Below are positions 10,353 to 22,400 of a stretch of 64,000 bases of DNA, in pieces. Made by a program: the position numbers and the translations under genes. Position 1 is the stretch's first letter, and the number at the start of each line of letters is the position of its first letter. Origin of the DNA: a phage; the sequence record PZ171033.1, one strand, 5' to 3'. The notes under the pieces are model-generated. The model was not told where the DNA came from and did not search any database. It worked only from the letters and a program-made list of their open reading frames with translations.

Positions 10353-10903
10353 TACTGACATCCTATCAATGAGTACATTAGGCTAACGTGCGGAGGTTTA
10401 CACTGTAGCCGGTGTAGGTGGAGAAGACGGCAGGGTAGCTACCTGTGCTTAGTGTACTCTTTGATAGTTTTCGTAAGCGATTATGCGGTTTTTTAGAAAC
10501 GAACCAATAACATAAATGCAAACGATGATGTTGTTCTGATGGCGGCGTAATAGCCTGTAAGTCAGCAAGGTCTTCCGACTCCTTGTAAGCAAATTCGGCG
10601 CAGTGGCCCGCTGTGATTAATAATGGGCACACAACAGGTAAGAGCATTTAGGCTACTGAGAAATCATCCGAGGCAATCAGACCTATCTTCTGTTAAGTGC
10701 TCTTTCCGTTGTGGTGAATGCGCAGGCTGATGCGCAGTGGGACGTGGCTGACTCACGAGGATGGCTCAAGCGAATAAGCAAGCTCGACGCCGCCGAATAA
10801 GCGCCTTATGCCGGAGATCAGCACCGGCCACCACAACAAGTCCAGACGATATCTGAGTGACTATAAAAACAGATGGAGCCAGGTGGAATCCCTGGCAACT
10901 AAT

Positions 10904-10969
10904 TCCGGTGTAGGTACTAGTGTCGTGCACGGCATGAGCATTCTGGTTCGAGTCCAGACGCCGGAACCA
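10904..10969 (+). tRNA. short tRNA-like module ending in encoded CCA
   Basis: T-arm TCTGG-TTCGAGT-CCAGA, acceptor TCCGGTG/CGCCGGA, discriminator A plus CCA; too short for a canonical tRNA. Confidence 0.3.
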
Positions 10970-10971
10970 AT

Positions 10972-11095
10972 TATCAGTTGCACGAGATGGCTTGACATGT
11001 TCAAGTTTGGACTAAGTGTGACACCGCTAGATTGGAGGGCTGCTGCGGTAAGCTATAGACTCCAACCGGAGGTTCGAATCCTTCACTGATAACCA
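10972..11095 (+). ncRNA. oversized tRNA-like RNA (124 nt) ending in encoded CCA
   Basis: Acceptor TATCAGT (10972) pairs with ACTGATA (11085) right after T-arm GGAGG-TTCGAAT-CCTTC; ~50 nt of extra internal sequence. Confidence 0.3.
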
Positions 11096-11177
11096 ATTCA
11101 AAGTAGCATTGCACTAACCCATCCCGGAGTTCAAAGGCCAAACATGGAGCAGTGCTACTCTGAATTAGAAGAATTAT

Positions 11178-11287
11178 GGTGGGTCTGGTGAAGTAGATAG
11201 GGTTCGATTCCCTCCGGTAGAGTAATCTACTAGCGTGCTTGGTGCACGAATAAGACTTAATACTGGTGGTTCAATTCCATCCCCCAC
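11178..11287 (+). ncRNA. oversized tRNA-like RNA (~110 nt)
   Basis: T-arm GGTGG-TTCAATT-CCATC followed by CCCCACT pairing with GGTGGG at 11178; contains a second internal GGTTCGATTCC T-loop-like motif. Confidence 0.25.
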
Positions 11288-11732
11288 TGCCTATTTGAGG
11301 TGTAACAGTTAAATCCAGTTGCCGGAAGTGCTATTCTAGATACGCTGCCAATGTGTGAACGGTAAGGCTGTACAGGACTCGGACTCCCACCTCAAACCAA
11401 AGTCGCCAGATACTTATGGCAAACGGGTAGTAACGAACTAGTCATTCGTCAAACGCCCACCCTATTATGAGTCAGCAAGAACGCCTTCATTTAAACTTAA
11501 ACAAAAAAGCTTAACGCAATAATTATGTAGGGGTATGTAAGGATTGCGAAGAAGGAGCCAGTTAAAGTCTGGCATGACTCACCTAATTGAGGCTGTACTT
11601 ATGTTCTACAGTAGGTGCACAACACTGGGCTGCTACACCCAGAGGTACAGCCTCACCCTATTATGGGTAGCCTATACTAGTTATAGGGCAGATAATCTGT
11701 GGCAGTGTAAGGCTGCACTACCCTTTCATTAA

Positions 11733-11808
11733 TACCCGGTAGGCTTAGTGGTAAAGCCCCACTAGTAAACCAACTAGGACGCAGGTTCGAATCCTGTCCG
11801 GGTAGCCA
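11733..11808 (+). tRNA. tRNA-like gene with encoded CCA
   Basis: Acceptor TACCCGG/CCGGGTA, U8A9, D-arm GGCT-TAGTGGTAA-AGCC, T-arm GCAGG-TTCGAAT-CCTGT, G then CCA; anticodon arm atypical (6-nt loop by eye). Confidence 0.5.
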
Positions 11809-11813
11809 TTTAT

Positions 11814-11898
11814 GCCCACTTAGCTCAGTGGTAGAGCGCAGGAAAGCTTCGAGAGAACAAGGTGTCTGTGGTCACTGGTTCAAATCCAGTAGTGGGTA
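11814..11898 (+). tRNA. tRNA-like gene, long-arm (class II-like) length
   Basis: Canonical D-arm GCTCAGTGGTAGAGC, T-arm ACTGG-TTCAAAT-CCAGT, acceptor GCCCACT/AGTGGGT; 36-nt anticodon/variable region does not fold canonically by eye. Confidence 0.45.
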
Positions 11899-12213
11899 CT
11901 TATTTGCTGCAATATTCCCATAGGGAATGGTGTCGTATACGCCACCTAGTTTCTGGTGAAACTCCAGATGCAGCAATCCATTCAGCAGTAACATAGTCCT
12001 GATTGCATTGCACTCTAAAGACAACACTGGTAAGACAGTCCAGTGGCTGCTATTGTATTGTTATTCCCCTCGACGGGAATTTCGCTAGTGAAGGTAACAC
12101 TTAAAAATCCAAACCCACGTCTTACTGCTATCGGGCTATCAACCCACAGTCGCTTAACACACTAGTGGTAGTAGTTTGACGACCTAGCCTCGTTAGCTGC
12201 GTTAAAGCTACTA

Positions 12214-12249
12214 AGTCCCCTAGAGGGGCGGCTCTAGGGGACTTTTTTA
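12214..12249 (+). terminator. rho-independent terminator
   Basis: 12-bp stem AGTCCCCTAGAG/CTCTAGGGGACT then TTTTTTATTT. Confidence 0.7.
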
Positions 12250-12250
12250 T

Positions 12251-12436
12251 TTGAGTATTAATAGCCGGATAATCAATATGATTGACCTAATCTCAACCCC
12301 GTATGCCTATGAGGTAACGGACAACCGAGGGCATAAGTACTTGGTATTTGCAGGTAGCGTAGCCTATAACAACGCAGTCATGTTTAAGTACAAACTCAAA
12401 CCACTCTATGAGGCTAATAATGGCAACAGTAAGTAA
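12251..12436 (+). CDS. hypothetical protein
   Basis: 61-aa ORF immediately after terminator 12214-12249. Confidence 0.4.
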   Translation: MSINSRIINMIDLISTPYAYEVTDNRGHKYLVFAGSVAYNNAVMFKYKLKPLYEANNGNSK

Positions 12437-12800
12437 AGAAGCAATCGAAGCTAAGATTAAGAGCGTCTACTATTTCAATGGAGCGGATGCAGTGAAGTCT
12501 GCATTCGTTGACCCATCTGCACTACCGGCAGATGATTTGGCTAACCTGGGTCTGGTAACCTATTGTGTAATCATTCTGGAAAACAACTTTAAAGTTGAAG
12601 GTGTATCTGCTTGCGTAGACCCAACTATCTATGATGAACAGAAGGGTCGTCAATATGCATATGAAAATGCATTCAATAAGATTTGGGAATTAGAGGGTTA
12701 CCTACTACGTCAGGCACTGCACGAGAAAGAAGAGACTGCTAAAGCTCTGGCTTCCTTTGCAGAAAACAATACCTGTGATGGTGGTGGTTGTACAATCTGA
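12408..12800 (+). CDS. phage gp49-like family protein
   Basis: ~130 aa; position just upstream of the virion RNAP gene matches N4 gp49; motif YCVIILENNFKVEGVSACVDPTIYDEQKGRQYAYENAF. Confidence 0.45.
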   Translation: MRLIMATVSKEAIEAKIKSVYYFNGADAVKSAFVDPSALPADDLANLGLVTYCVIILENNFKVEGVSACVDPTIYDEQKGRQYAYENAFNKIWELEGYLLRQALHEKEETAKALASFAENNTCDGGGCTI

Positions 12801-12882
12801 TCCAAAGGTGTAAGGTAGTTTTTACCGAAAGGTACTGAACTACCCGACAAAGTAGTAAGGCTCTAGAAGCCGAAACAAAACA

Positions 12883-12910
12883 AGCCCTCCTAGCGAGGGC
12901 TTTATCATTT
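12883..12910 (+). terminator. rho-independent terminator
   Basis: GCCCTC-CTAGC-GAGGGC then TTTATCATTT. Confidence 0.55.
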
Positions 12911-12919
12911 GAGGTAGTT

Positions 12920-13411
12920 ATGTCAGAAGAAATTAAAGTCCATTTCACCAACTACATTGGAACCAAGTGTGTAAATGGATTCCGGATGAACAAGGAAACA
13001 TATTGCAAACTCCGTGGCTGGGATGTGCCTGCTAATGAAGACCCATTAGAAGTAGGTTACTTAGTAGAATACCCAGATTCTAAACCTAACCATGAACAAT
13101 TCCGTGGTTATATTAGCTGGTCACCAAGGGCTGCATTTGAAGCTGCATATTGTGATGTAGATAAGGGTTGTACTTTTGGTCACGCAGTAGAACTTATAAA
13201 ACTGGGTCACAGACTGACCCGTAAAGGCTGGAACGGTAAGGGAATGTATATTACCCTAGTATCTGGTGAAAATTGGGCTATGGATAAACATGAGAATACC
13301 GTATGTGAGAAACGGGATTGGTTGGGCATCAAAACTGTTGATGACCAGTTTATGCCTTGGGTTCCTTCCCAATCGGATGTATTAGCTGAAGATTGGGTAT
13401 TAGCTCAGTAA
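12920..13411 (+). CDS. DUF2829-like protein (possible Tad2-type anti-defence sponge) with N-terminal extension
   Basis: C-terminal HAVELIKLGHRLTRKGWNGKGMY...WVPSQSDVLAEDWVL resembles the DUF2829 signature; GAGG RBS; terminator follows. Confidence 0.4.
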   Translation: MSEEIKVHFTNYIGTKCVNGFRMNKETYCKLRGWDVPANEDPLEVGYLVEYPDSKPNHEQFRGYISWSPRAAFEAAYCDVDKGCTFGHAVELIKLGHRLTRKGWNGKGMYITLVSGENWAMDKHENTVCEKRDWLGIKTVDDQFMPWVPSQSDVLAEDWVLAQ

Positions 13412-13417
13412 GAATTA

Positions 13418-13448
13418 AAGCCCCTCATTTGAGGGGCTTTTTTATTTT
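13418..13448. terminator. bidirectional terminator between convergent genes
   Basis: AAGCCCCTC-ATTT-GAGGGGCTT then TTTTTATTTT; A-rich on the other side. Confidence 0.7.
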
Positions 13449-16400
13449 AGTTTATCAGGTTCATCCAAGGGTTCAGGTTGTGAGCACGTAAGCCTTGACC
13501 GAAACCGAAGGAGTAACCAAGATTGCCCTGTGCAGCAATACTAAAGATGTTGTCCTGAATAGGCAGGCCAACGTTACCAAACATGGTAGGGGTTGGGGCC
13601 AACATAGCCATAGCAGCATGAACTGGGTTATTACGAATCATGGACACTGCAACTTTTGCAGAACGAATCTTAAAGTTGTAGAACCACATCAGACCAACAC
13701 TTTCCATATACCCACGGAAACGACCTGGCAGACGATCATAGTTAATAAACTCTTCCGTTACACGTCCTAGTGCTTCTTCGCGAGTCTTACCTTTACGCTG
13801 AGTTAATTCATCATAGATGATTGCTTTAGCAATAAAGTCAGAGTACTCAACCGTCTTCTGGATACCCTGGAACAAAGCAGTATCCTTAGTGATAAGTGCA
13901 TAACGACCAGCATTACGTACAGACTTAGGCAGCTTATCAGCCAACTTATCCATGTACTCGTGAAGTTTACCTTCAGTAATCAGGATGTCGTCACGACCAA
14001 TACCAGCGTCTGCAATTGAAGAGAACTCACCTGCTTCTAACAGGGGCCAGATACTCAAACGCTTATGACTATCAGAGATGGACTGAATCTCAGCCTTAAG
14101 TTTACGAATCTGGTTCGGGTTAGTAGCTGCACGTAATTCTGCTTCTGCATCTACCTGACGCAGACGAGATTTCAGATACTGGTTAATCTCAGCAGTTTTC
14201 TGTGGAATGCTCTTAGCAATGTTCTTAACAGGTACACCACGAGCAACCATCTGGTAAAGGTTAGCCAGGAAGTTAACAGCAGGTACGACTACTGACTTAA
14301 CTACAATCAGGGTCTTAGCTTCTTTAACTAAATTCTGAACCAGGTTCTCACCACCCATTACGTATTTATAGGCACGGTTACCGAAGACACCCAACATAGC
14401 TTTCTTGAAGGTATCCAGTGTTTCTTGGGACCAACGAGAGTTACCAGACCAGGCATCACCAACAGAAGCTGCACGATAGCCGAGAGCATCATTGAGCATG
14501 TCACGACGTACCCACAGCTCACCAGGACCAAACAGACTTTCTGCTTTCTGACGTGTTTCACTATTCATCAGCTTAAGTGCATCGGCAGTTACTGGGTCCA
14601 GTTTAGAACCAAGAAGGTTAACGTACTGGGACTTATTAGAAGCAGACATCTTAATGTCGTTCTCATACATGCTATGCAGGTTCTCAATTAGCATATCGTT
14701 GAAACGCTGAGCCTTAGCCTCTTCTACCTGACGACCACGCCATACACCGATTGCACGAGCAAGATGGTTCTCACCCTCAATGTGCTTCAGCATGTTAGGG
14801 TCAATGGATTGCTCATAAGCAACCACATTACCATTGGCATCATATACAGGCAGAAGTGGTTCATTACCACGTTCACCACGAGCCAGTGCTTTAGTGATAC
14901 GATCTACAGAAGGCTTGTCAGTAATACGACCAGCTACCATGGTTCCCATAGTAAAGCCTGTACCAAGGTCCACACCACCAGCAGTATTGCGAACGTTCTG
15001 TAAGATACCCTGTGAGAATGGGGCCTGTGCCTGTACTGGTGCGAAGTAGTAGCTACGAGCAGGACCACGATTAGCAGAGCTACCCTGATATGTACCCAGT
15101 CGTACATAGGATTTCTCAATCAAATCAGCAAACTGACTATCTTCAGCAACAATCAGATTAACACCCTGTTTAGTCTCACTAGGGATATGCCCTTTGTACT
15201 GGTTCAGGGTTGCACGCATATCAGATTTGGCTTTAGCCATTTCATCTTTACGCTGACCAACCAGGTAAGAGGTGGCAAAGTCCATCCCATCAACTTCTGT
15301 CTGAGCCAGTGAAGATAACATCTCACGGTCGGACTTGTTCATTGCTTCCAGTGCATACAGGGTAATCAGTTTATCCAGTTGAGCTACATCTACAGTAGAG
15401 CGTGCAGCCTGACGTTCACCCAGCATACGGGAGATTGCAGTAGCATTACGCAGCAGGTTTTTACCGACAGTACCATTAATCATGTACTGAGCCAGTTGCT
15501 TAGATTTACGGTTAATCAGAGGCCAGTTACGACCAGCTTGTTTCTGCAAATCTGCTTCCAGCTTATTCACTTCACGGTCAACAATCTTCTGGTCAGTCAG
15601 TAAGTCACGGATTTCAGCCAGTGACATAGTGTCACGCAGGACAGCTAAATCTGTTTTACCCATACCAGTATGCATTACTTTCCACTCATCATTAGTCAGC
15701 TTACGGCTGAACTTAGATGCGATAGTAGTAGGCAGATGTTCACGGAACTGCTGACGGTCTGCCTGCACCTGTGCACGTACTGCTTTAATCAAATCGTATA
15801 CAGAAGCATTGCTCTTAGTACGACCGGTTAAGTCATTAACCAGGTCATGGAAAGGTTGCCATACCTTACCCTGGTTCATTGCAGCCATAACACCTTCAGC
15901 TACGATTGCACCATTCTTCTCTGTAGCAATAGCAGCTACCAGTTGTGCAGCATGAGCAGCACCTTTAACCAATGGATTATTGGTATTGGCTGCAACTTCA
16001 CGAGCACCTTCCAAAGCACGGGTAGATAGTACATCAATAGAATCCACCAGATACTGGTTAGCACGGTCAATAGCATTACCAGTAGGAGTAGCAACGGAAT
16101 CATAGAAGGATTCTGCATTAAGACTGGTCTGCATAATCGTCTGAGCCAGTGCATCCATACCTTCCTGTACGTTAGTAGCTTTAGTATCACCTGCTACACG
16201 AGCATTCAGACTAGCCATTGCAGCAGTACCAATGTTAGTCAGCATTGCATCAACGGTATTACCTGATTTCTTATCTGCTTTCATGACAGGAATGTCAGCC
16301 AGTACTTTACGTACTTCTTCACTTACCATTGCCAGACCAACAAAGGTAGGCAGTAAAGAAGATCGACCTTGTGCATCAAACTCAATGTTGTTAGCACCCA

Positions 16401-19400
16401 TGATGGTATCGAACTTCTGCTGTGCATAATAACGATCAGCAGGGTTAGTACTATCTGGGTCAGCCATAAATGCTTCGACGGTCAGATTCTTAGTAACATG
16501 CGTGTAGTATTCCTGTGCACGAGCCATAGCAGCAGGGTTAACAGCAGCCTCGGTAGCCAGTGCAGCAACAATATTGGTAAAGAGACGCTGTTCCTGCATA
16601 TTCATGGTGAAGCCATGAGCCTGAACATCACGAGTTACTTTAGTTGCATTTACTACTGCATCAGAGAACTTACCTTTGCGAATTACTTGCTGTACTGGTT
16701 CTGAACCAATGTAGTTAGTAATTAGCTTATCAAAGGTTTTCCCTAGCTCTTCCAGACGAGTATTTTCACCATACGCTTTGTTATGGAACAGAGTAGTATC
16801 TTTGGCTACAGCAGCAGTAGGAGCTTGCCCACGCATTACTACAGCAGAGTTAAACAGTAAGCCAGAGAACATATCTTCTGCATTAGCAGGAGCTTTCTTA
16901 CGTCCAAATACCAGACGTTTGATTGCTTCATATACAGCCTGAACCATAGTTTTAAGTGCAGTGGTTTTCTTCTGCTTACTAATCAGTTCTCGGTTGGTTA
17001 AACCCCAAGCCATGTACTCGTTCAGTGCAGCAGCTTTAGCCATTGCTGGTTCAATAAAGCCATTGGATAGGTGACCATTAATGGTATTCAGTGCATCAGC
17101 ATATGCTTCTCGTACTGCCGGAGATTCATCCCTAACATCCAGAGCACGGAACTGATTCATCAGGTCTTCGATGTTCTGGACTGCTTCATTAGGAGTGCCT
17201 TCATAGTGAGCCAGTACAGATTCAAAAGTAGAAGCATGTACCAATTCATGAACCAGAGTCTCTAAGGAAGGGGTAACTAAGTAGATGGTTTTATCTTCAA
17301 AGTTAGTCCAGCCGTATGCATTACCAGCTTCAGCAGCTTCAATATCTTCCGGTGCTGGGCGAGTAATGTTCTTCTCAATAGCATAGGCATCCAATTGAGC
17401 AGGTGTACCGTAAACAACTTTATAGTCTTTAGCAGCAAGGGATTTCTGTATTTCTTTCAATACTTCTTGCTGTTCAGGAGACATCTCTTTAGCCAGTTTA
17501 GTAATGGCAGTGTTAGACAGCAGACGTACACCAGACTTCAGTACACGACCAACCTGTTCCATCGCCGGTACTTCTTCCACTGGTTCTGCTTTAGTAGCAC
17601 GTACTGCTTCACGACGCTTATTTAATTCAGCATCAAACAGTTCGTTCAGCTTAGCTACTTGCTGGTCTACAGTAAGACCTTCCAGAGAGATTTTACCGTT
17701 GTTCACATAAGGAGCACCTACGGCAGCCATCTGGTCAACAGTGACTTGTACCTGGTCCATTACCTTGTGACGAATATCTACACCCAGAGCAATGTTACGC
17801 AGGTTACGTTCAATCTGCTCAGCACCGACACGTAACAGGTCATCAGTAGCACCCTCACGTTGGTCATACTCCAGAGCAGACTTAGCGATAGCCTGTTTGG
17901 TTTCATCAGACAGTTTACTGAAGTCTACGTTCTTCATGAACTTAGCGTAGGAGTCATAAACATTCTTGATAGGGTTACCCTGCCAGGAAGTATATACAGC
18001 CTCATTAGCTTTGCGACTTGCATCAGTGATGTCATTGATACCAATGTTCATACCATCAAAGATTTTCAGGGTATTCTTCGGAGCACCTTTCATAGTAGAA
18101 AGTGTCTGCATCATCATGCCATCACCAGTACCGATGGTCATAAATGGAATACCTGCAACACCTGCCTGTGAAGGAGCATAAATGCTCATTGGCACACGCA
18201 TACGGTCATCTAAGTTAGTAGCCAGTACTTGGTTAGCAACATCAGTATTCTCACTACCAGCAATGTAGAAAGTCTGTGAACCAGTCTCAATCATTGGAGC
18301 CAGTGAAGATAATGATTCCTGGATTTCATTCAGTTCTTTCTGCGTTAAGAAATCACCTTTCTTCCAGGTTGGGTCTTTTTCTTTTTCTGCCAGCTTAGCC
18401 TGTACTGCTTGCTGGAACATATCCTGCAATACCAGAGATTGAATCTGGGTAGCCTTCTGCAAGTTCTCGGTAGAGTGCATCAGACCTTCACCAACAGTAT
18501 TACGGATACCAGTACGCATTGGTTCAACGAACAGGTGGAGCATGTTCTCTTGTAAGTTCTTCAGGGCATTACCGGATACGGTAAATTTCTGGGGGTCTAA
18601 CTTACCAGTCAGAGCACCATCTACTTGCTGAATAGACAACTCACCTTTACGCATAACTGGAACATTACCAGTCAGTGCTTCCATAGAAGTAAGGAAAGTA
18701 TCCAACATAGCCTGAGCATCAGCTTCAGACGCAGCCTCCTTACCAAACATTGCCATAGCTGGGGAAATGCTAGGGTCAGCAGCTCGTGCTTGCAGAACGT
18801 CACTGAAGCGTTCGTAGATGGTATCAGTAATTGCACTGACCATCTTGCCAGCAATACCACGAGCACCAGAACCATAGATGGTAATGGTCAGTGGGTTTTT
18901 AGCAATACCACGTTTCAGGTCCAGAGTACCGTCTTCATTCAGGTTAAAGTCTTTAATGAACAAGTCCATTAACTTCTGGAGATGATTCATCTGGCTCATA
19001 ACTGGAACGTTGTTACGGTAAGTAGTACGTAACTCATTCAGTGCTTGTTGAAGACCATTGGTAGATGCTTCATACAAGTCAACATTATCGTCGATAGAAC
19101 AATGTTCGTTCATCGTTTTACCAGCACGACCAAAGAACAAACCACCTTTGGCAGTGTTCTTAATCCAGTCTGGAGTGAACTTACCACCAGTCATTAATAC
19201 CATTGCGTTGATTGGGCCGTTGGTTACACCATCAGCTTCAACGTACAGTGGAGTAGTAAAATTAGCACGGTCATCACTGTTCAGGTAACGGGCATATTCC
19301 ATCAGAGCCATGAGAGCTACGAAGGATTTATCACTACCCAGAGAGGTCTTCAGGATGTCTACTGCATCTGTCGGTAAGTGACCAGACTTATCAAACTCAA

Positions 19401-22400
19401 CCATCATATCAACAGCAGGTTTCAGTTTACCTTCCAGAGCTTTAGTTAACTCTTCAGACATAACTTCACGGGACATTTTATGTACCTTGATGCCTAATGC
19501 CTGAGCCAGACCTAACTGGAAGTCAGAGAACGCTTGGCTGTTTTCATTACTCAAGTCGATAGTAGAGAAGGTTGGTAGGATTGCTTCACGAACCAGCTTA
19601 CTGGATTGTGGGTTGTTCTTACCAAGCATCTGCATACGACCTACACGGGTCATGTTATAACCGTAGTGGATAGGTGTATCCAGACCATTCTCTTGTTCTC
19701 GTATCTGATTAATTACACCGAACAGAGAATCATATGCCATAGACACGGACAGGTTTTTACCTTCCAAAGATTTAGCAGTGTTCGCGTTCAGTAATTCTGG
19801 ATTAAGAGTACCAGCACCCATCAGTTCCAGAATGTTGTCACGCCCCAATGCTTCATAGAAGTTAACCATTGGCATATGTACACGGAACTCGGTAGCCTGT
19901 TCAGCTTTCAGTGCAGCCTTCTGTTCAGGGGTATTCTTAACAGCAGGGTTACGCAACTGAGTCTGAGCCACAGAAGGAATGTCATCACCAAAGTACATTT
20001 TCTCTTCTGGTTCTAAGAGGACAGCTTCCTCAATAGCAGTAGGGAATTTATTAATGGCATCATTGTCATCCAACTTCTCAATGGTATACAGACCAACAGT
20101 CTTATTGGAGTCTGGGTCAATCTCAGACACATCCAACATAGACTCTTTAACTTCACCCATCTCAATGAGAGAAGACAGAATCTCTGTAGCCATTGCCATT
20201 GGGATACCTTTGGTATAACCCAGCGGTGCATTAGGATTACGATTCAAACCCCAGTAGGATTCAATCTTCTGAGCCAGTGAGTTAGTAGCTTCAACCAGGG
20301 TCTGGGCATTCTCGAACTCAGCCAGAATACCTTCTGGTAACAGAGATGCTTCTACGCCTGTAATAGCAGCTACGTCTTTCATATCTTTAATGGCAGCATT
20401 CTGTGTAGTAGTCAGTCGCCATTGCAAACCAGCAAGCACAGCAGTCTCTAACAACTGGTCGTTGAACTTAAAGGTATCCCCATCTTGTTCAACTATATTC
20501 AGCAGTTTGCCACCTACCCAACGGTTAGCTTCAGTACCTTCTGCAAAACGTTTACCAACGTTCTTATTAGCAAGGAACTTAGCCAGACGTTCAGACAAAG
20601 TAGTCTTCAGAGTTTCACCAAAGTCCATTAAGTCCTGATAACGCTTAATCACATCACTAGTGAGAGCGTTATTTTCTTTTTGAGTGAATGCCTCAAAGCG
20701 AGCAGCAGAAGACAGTGCTTGCTTAATATCAGTCAAAGGAGATTCTGAACCAATGGTACGGGACTTAGGTTCTTCCGGTAAGGTAAATGCTTTCAGGAAC
20801 TGGTTCGGTGTCTTTTCATTGTTATAGACAGGGAACACTGTTTCCATTTCTGTTTTGGTTTCAGCTACTTCCTGGATGGTATCCTCATTCTTGAGAATAG
20901 CATCTACTGTTTCAGGCTTAGTAGTAGAGACTTCTTCTGTTTTTGGACTAGTCTCCTTAGTAGGAGCAGTCTTATTTTCTACCACAGGTTTAGCTTTAGG
21001 CTGTACAGTAGTAGTGTCCTCTTGCACTGGTGCAGGAGATTCATCAACCTGATTCACTGGTTCATTAGTCTGTTGAGACTGAGTGGCATCAAGACCACCT
21101 TGACGGAACTCTTTAACTACCTGGGCAGCAGGCTTGTTCAGACGTGAATCCAACGAGGTAACTTTCACATGAGAAACATTAAGCTCCGGGTAAGCCGTAG
21201 CAAGTGCATTAGCAATATCAGCTACGGTTTTGGCTTCCAGTCCTACTTGCTGGGCAAACTTAACAGACTTGGTATCGTAAGGATTGACACCGAGGCCAGT
21301 ACGACTACGTACCCATTCACGGGAAGGCGAGAGAGCCTGATAATGAACAGACTTATTCTTATCCGCATTCCCCGAAATCAGATGCTCATTCAACGCTCCG
21401 ACCTTATTCTGCATGTGCTGGGCGAACTTCATAAAGTCGCTCAGATAAGCGGAGGCCAAATCGAAGTTACCAGAGTTATACGCAGAACGAATGCGTTTCG
21501 CATGTTGCAACGCAGAGTACTGTCCTTCATTAGAACGAGACTCGTCGGTTTTAATCTGTTTACTAACAATGTCTTGAGGACGTAAGCCTAGTTCTTCTGC
21601 TTTAGCGTCGAACTCACGTGCACCCTGTAACAAGGCAGCAGCAGATTGCAGGGCAGCACGTTGACGATTCCCCAGTGTAATCTTACCTTCACTTGCGTGC
21701 TTCAGAACCATGTTCACTGAATCTGCATCCAGTACTTCTGGAGACACATCAGCAGCCATAGCAATGTTGTTTGCTTGGGCTTGATTAGCTTCTTCAGTAG
21801 CTTTCAGCTTACCTGCTTCAGCCTGTTCCTGAATCATGGAATGGATGGCACGGAATGCACGGAGTACTTTAGGGGTATTCTGTACGTTAGCCATCAAGCC
21901 AGAGAACTGGTCTACGATTGTAGCAGCAGGAGAACCTTGTTCCAGATTAGCCAGAGCACCTGGGTCACGGTTAATGAAGCTATCCATAGACATGATGTTG
22001 TCATACATCTGGATTGCAGCTTCCATTTGAACGTTAGGGTCTTCAGCAGTATTAACCAGGTCAGCCATCTTCTGAATAGCTTCAACACGGTTAGTGGAAC
22101 CAGAAACAGCTTCACGGATTGCCGGGTTAGCTTGTTCCAATTCTACCGGGTCAAACTTCATTGCCTGAGTTAAGTCAGCAGCATACTGGGTAGCAGCAGC
22201 TTTCTCTTCTGGAGTGATGTCCATTGCATCCACTGCTTCTTGTACAGTTGCCTGTGCTTGTTCTGCCTGAGCAGCAGCTTCCTGTGCAGCAGCATTAACC
22301 GTAGCATCAGCTACAGGGGATGCTTGTTCATTACGCTTAGCAACTTCTTCACCACGTTGAATCAGGATGTTAGTAAGAGGGGATGCAGCTTTTGCTAATG

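Noticed and set aside
9575-11732. Track ORFs 9575-9784, 10184-10372, 10378-10647, 10808-11089 and 11544-11732
   Set aside because: They overlap tRNA-like modules and hairpins, lack ribosome-binding sites and are low-complexity; the region is better explained as non-coding RNA.
9562-12250. CRISPR array in the large non-coding region
   Set aside because: No regularly spaced identical direct repeats with unique spacers; the repeated elements are tRNA-like T-arms and unrelated hairpins.
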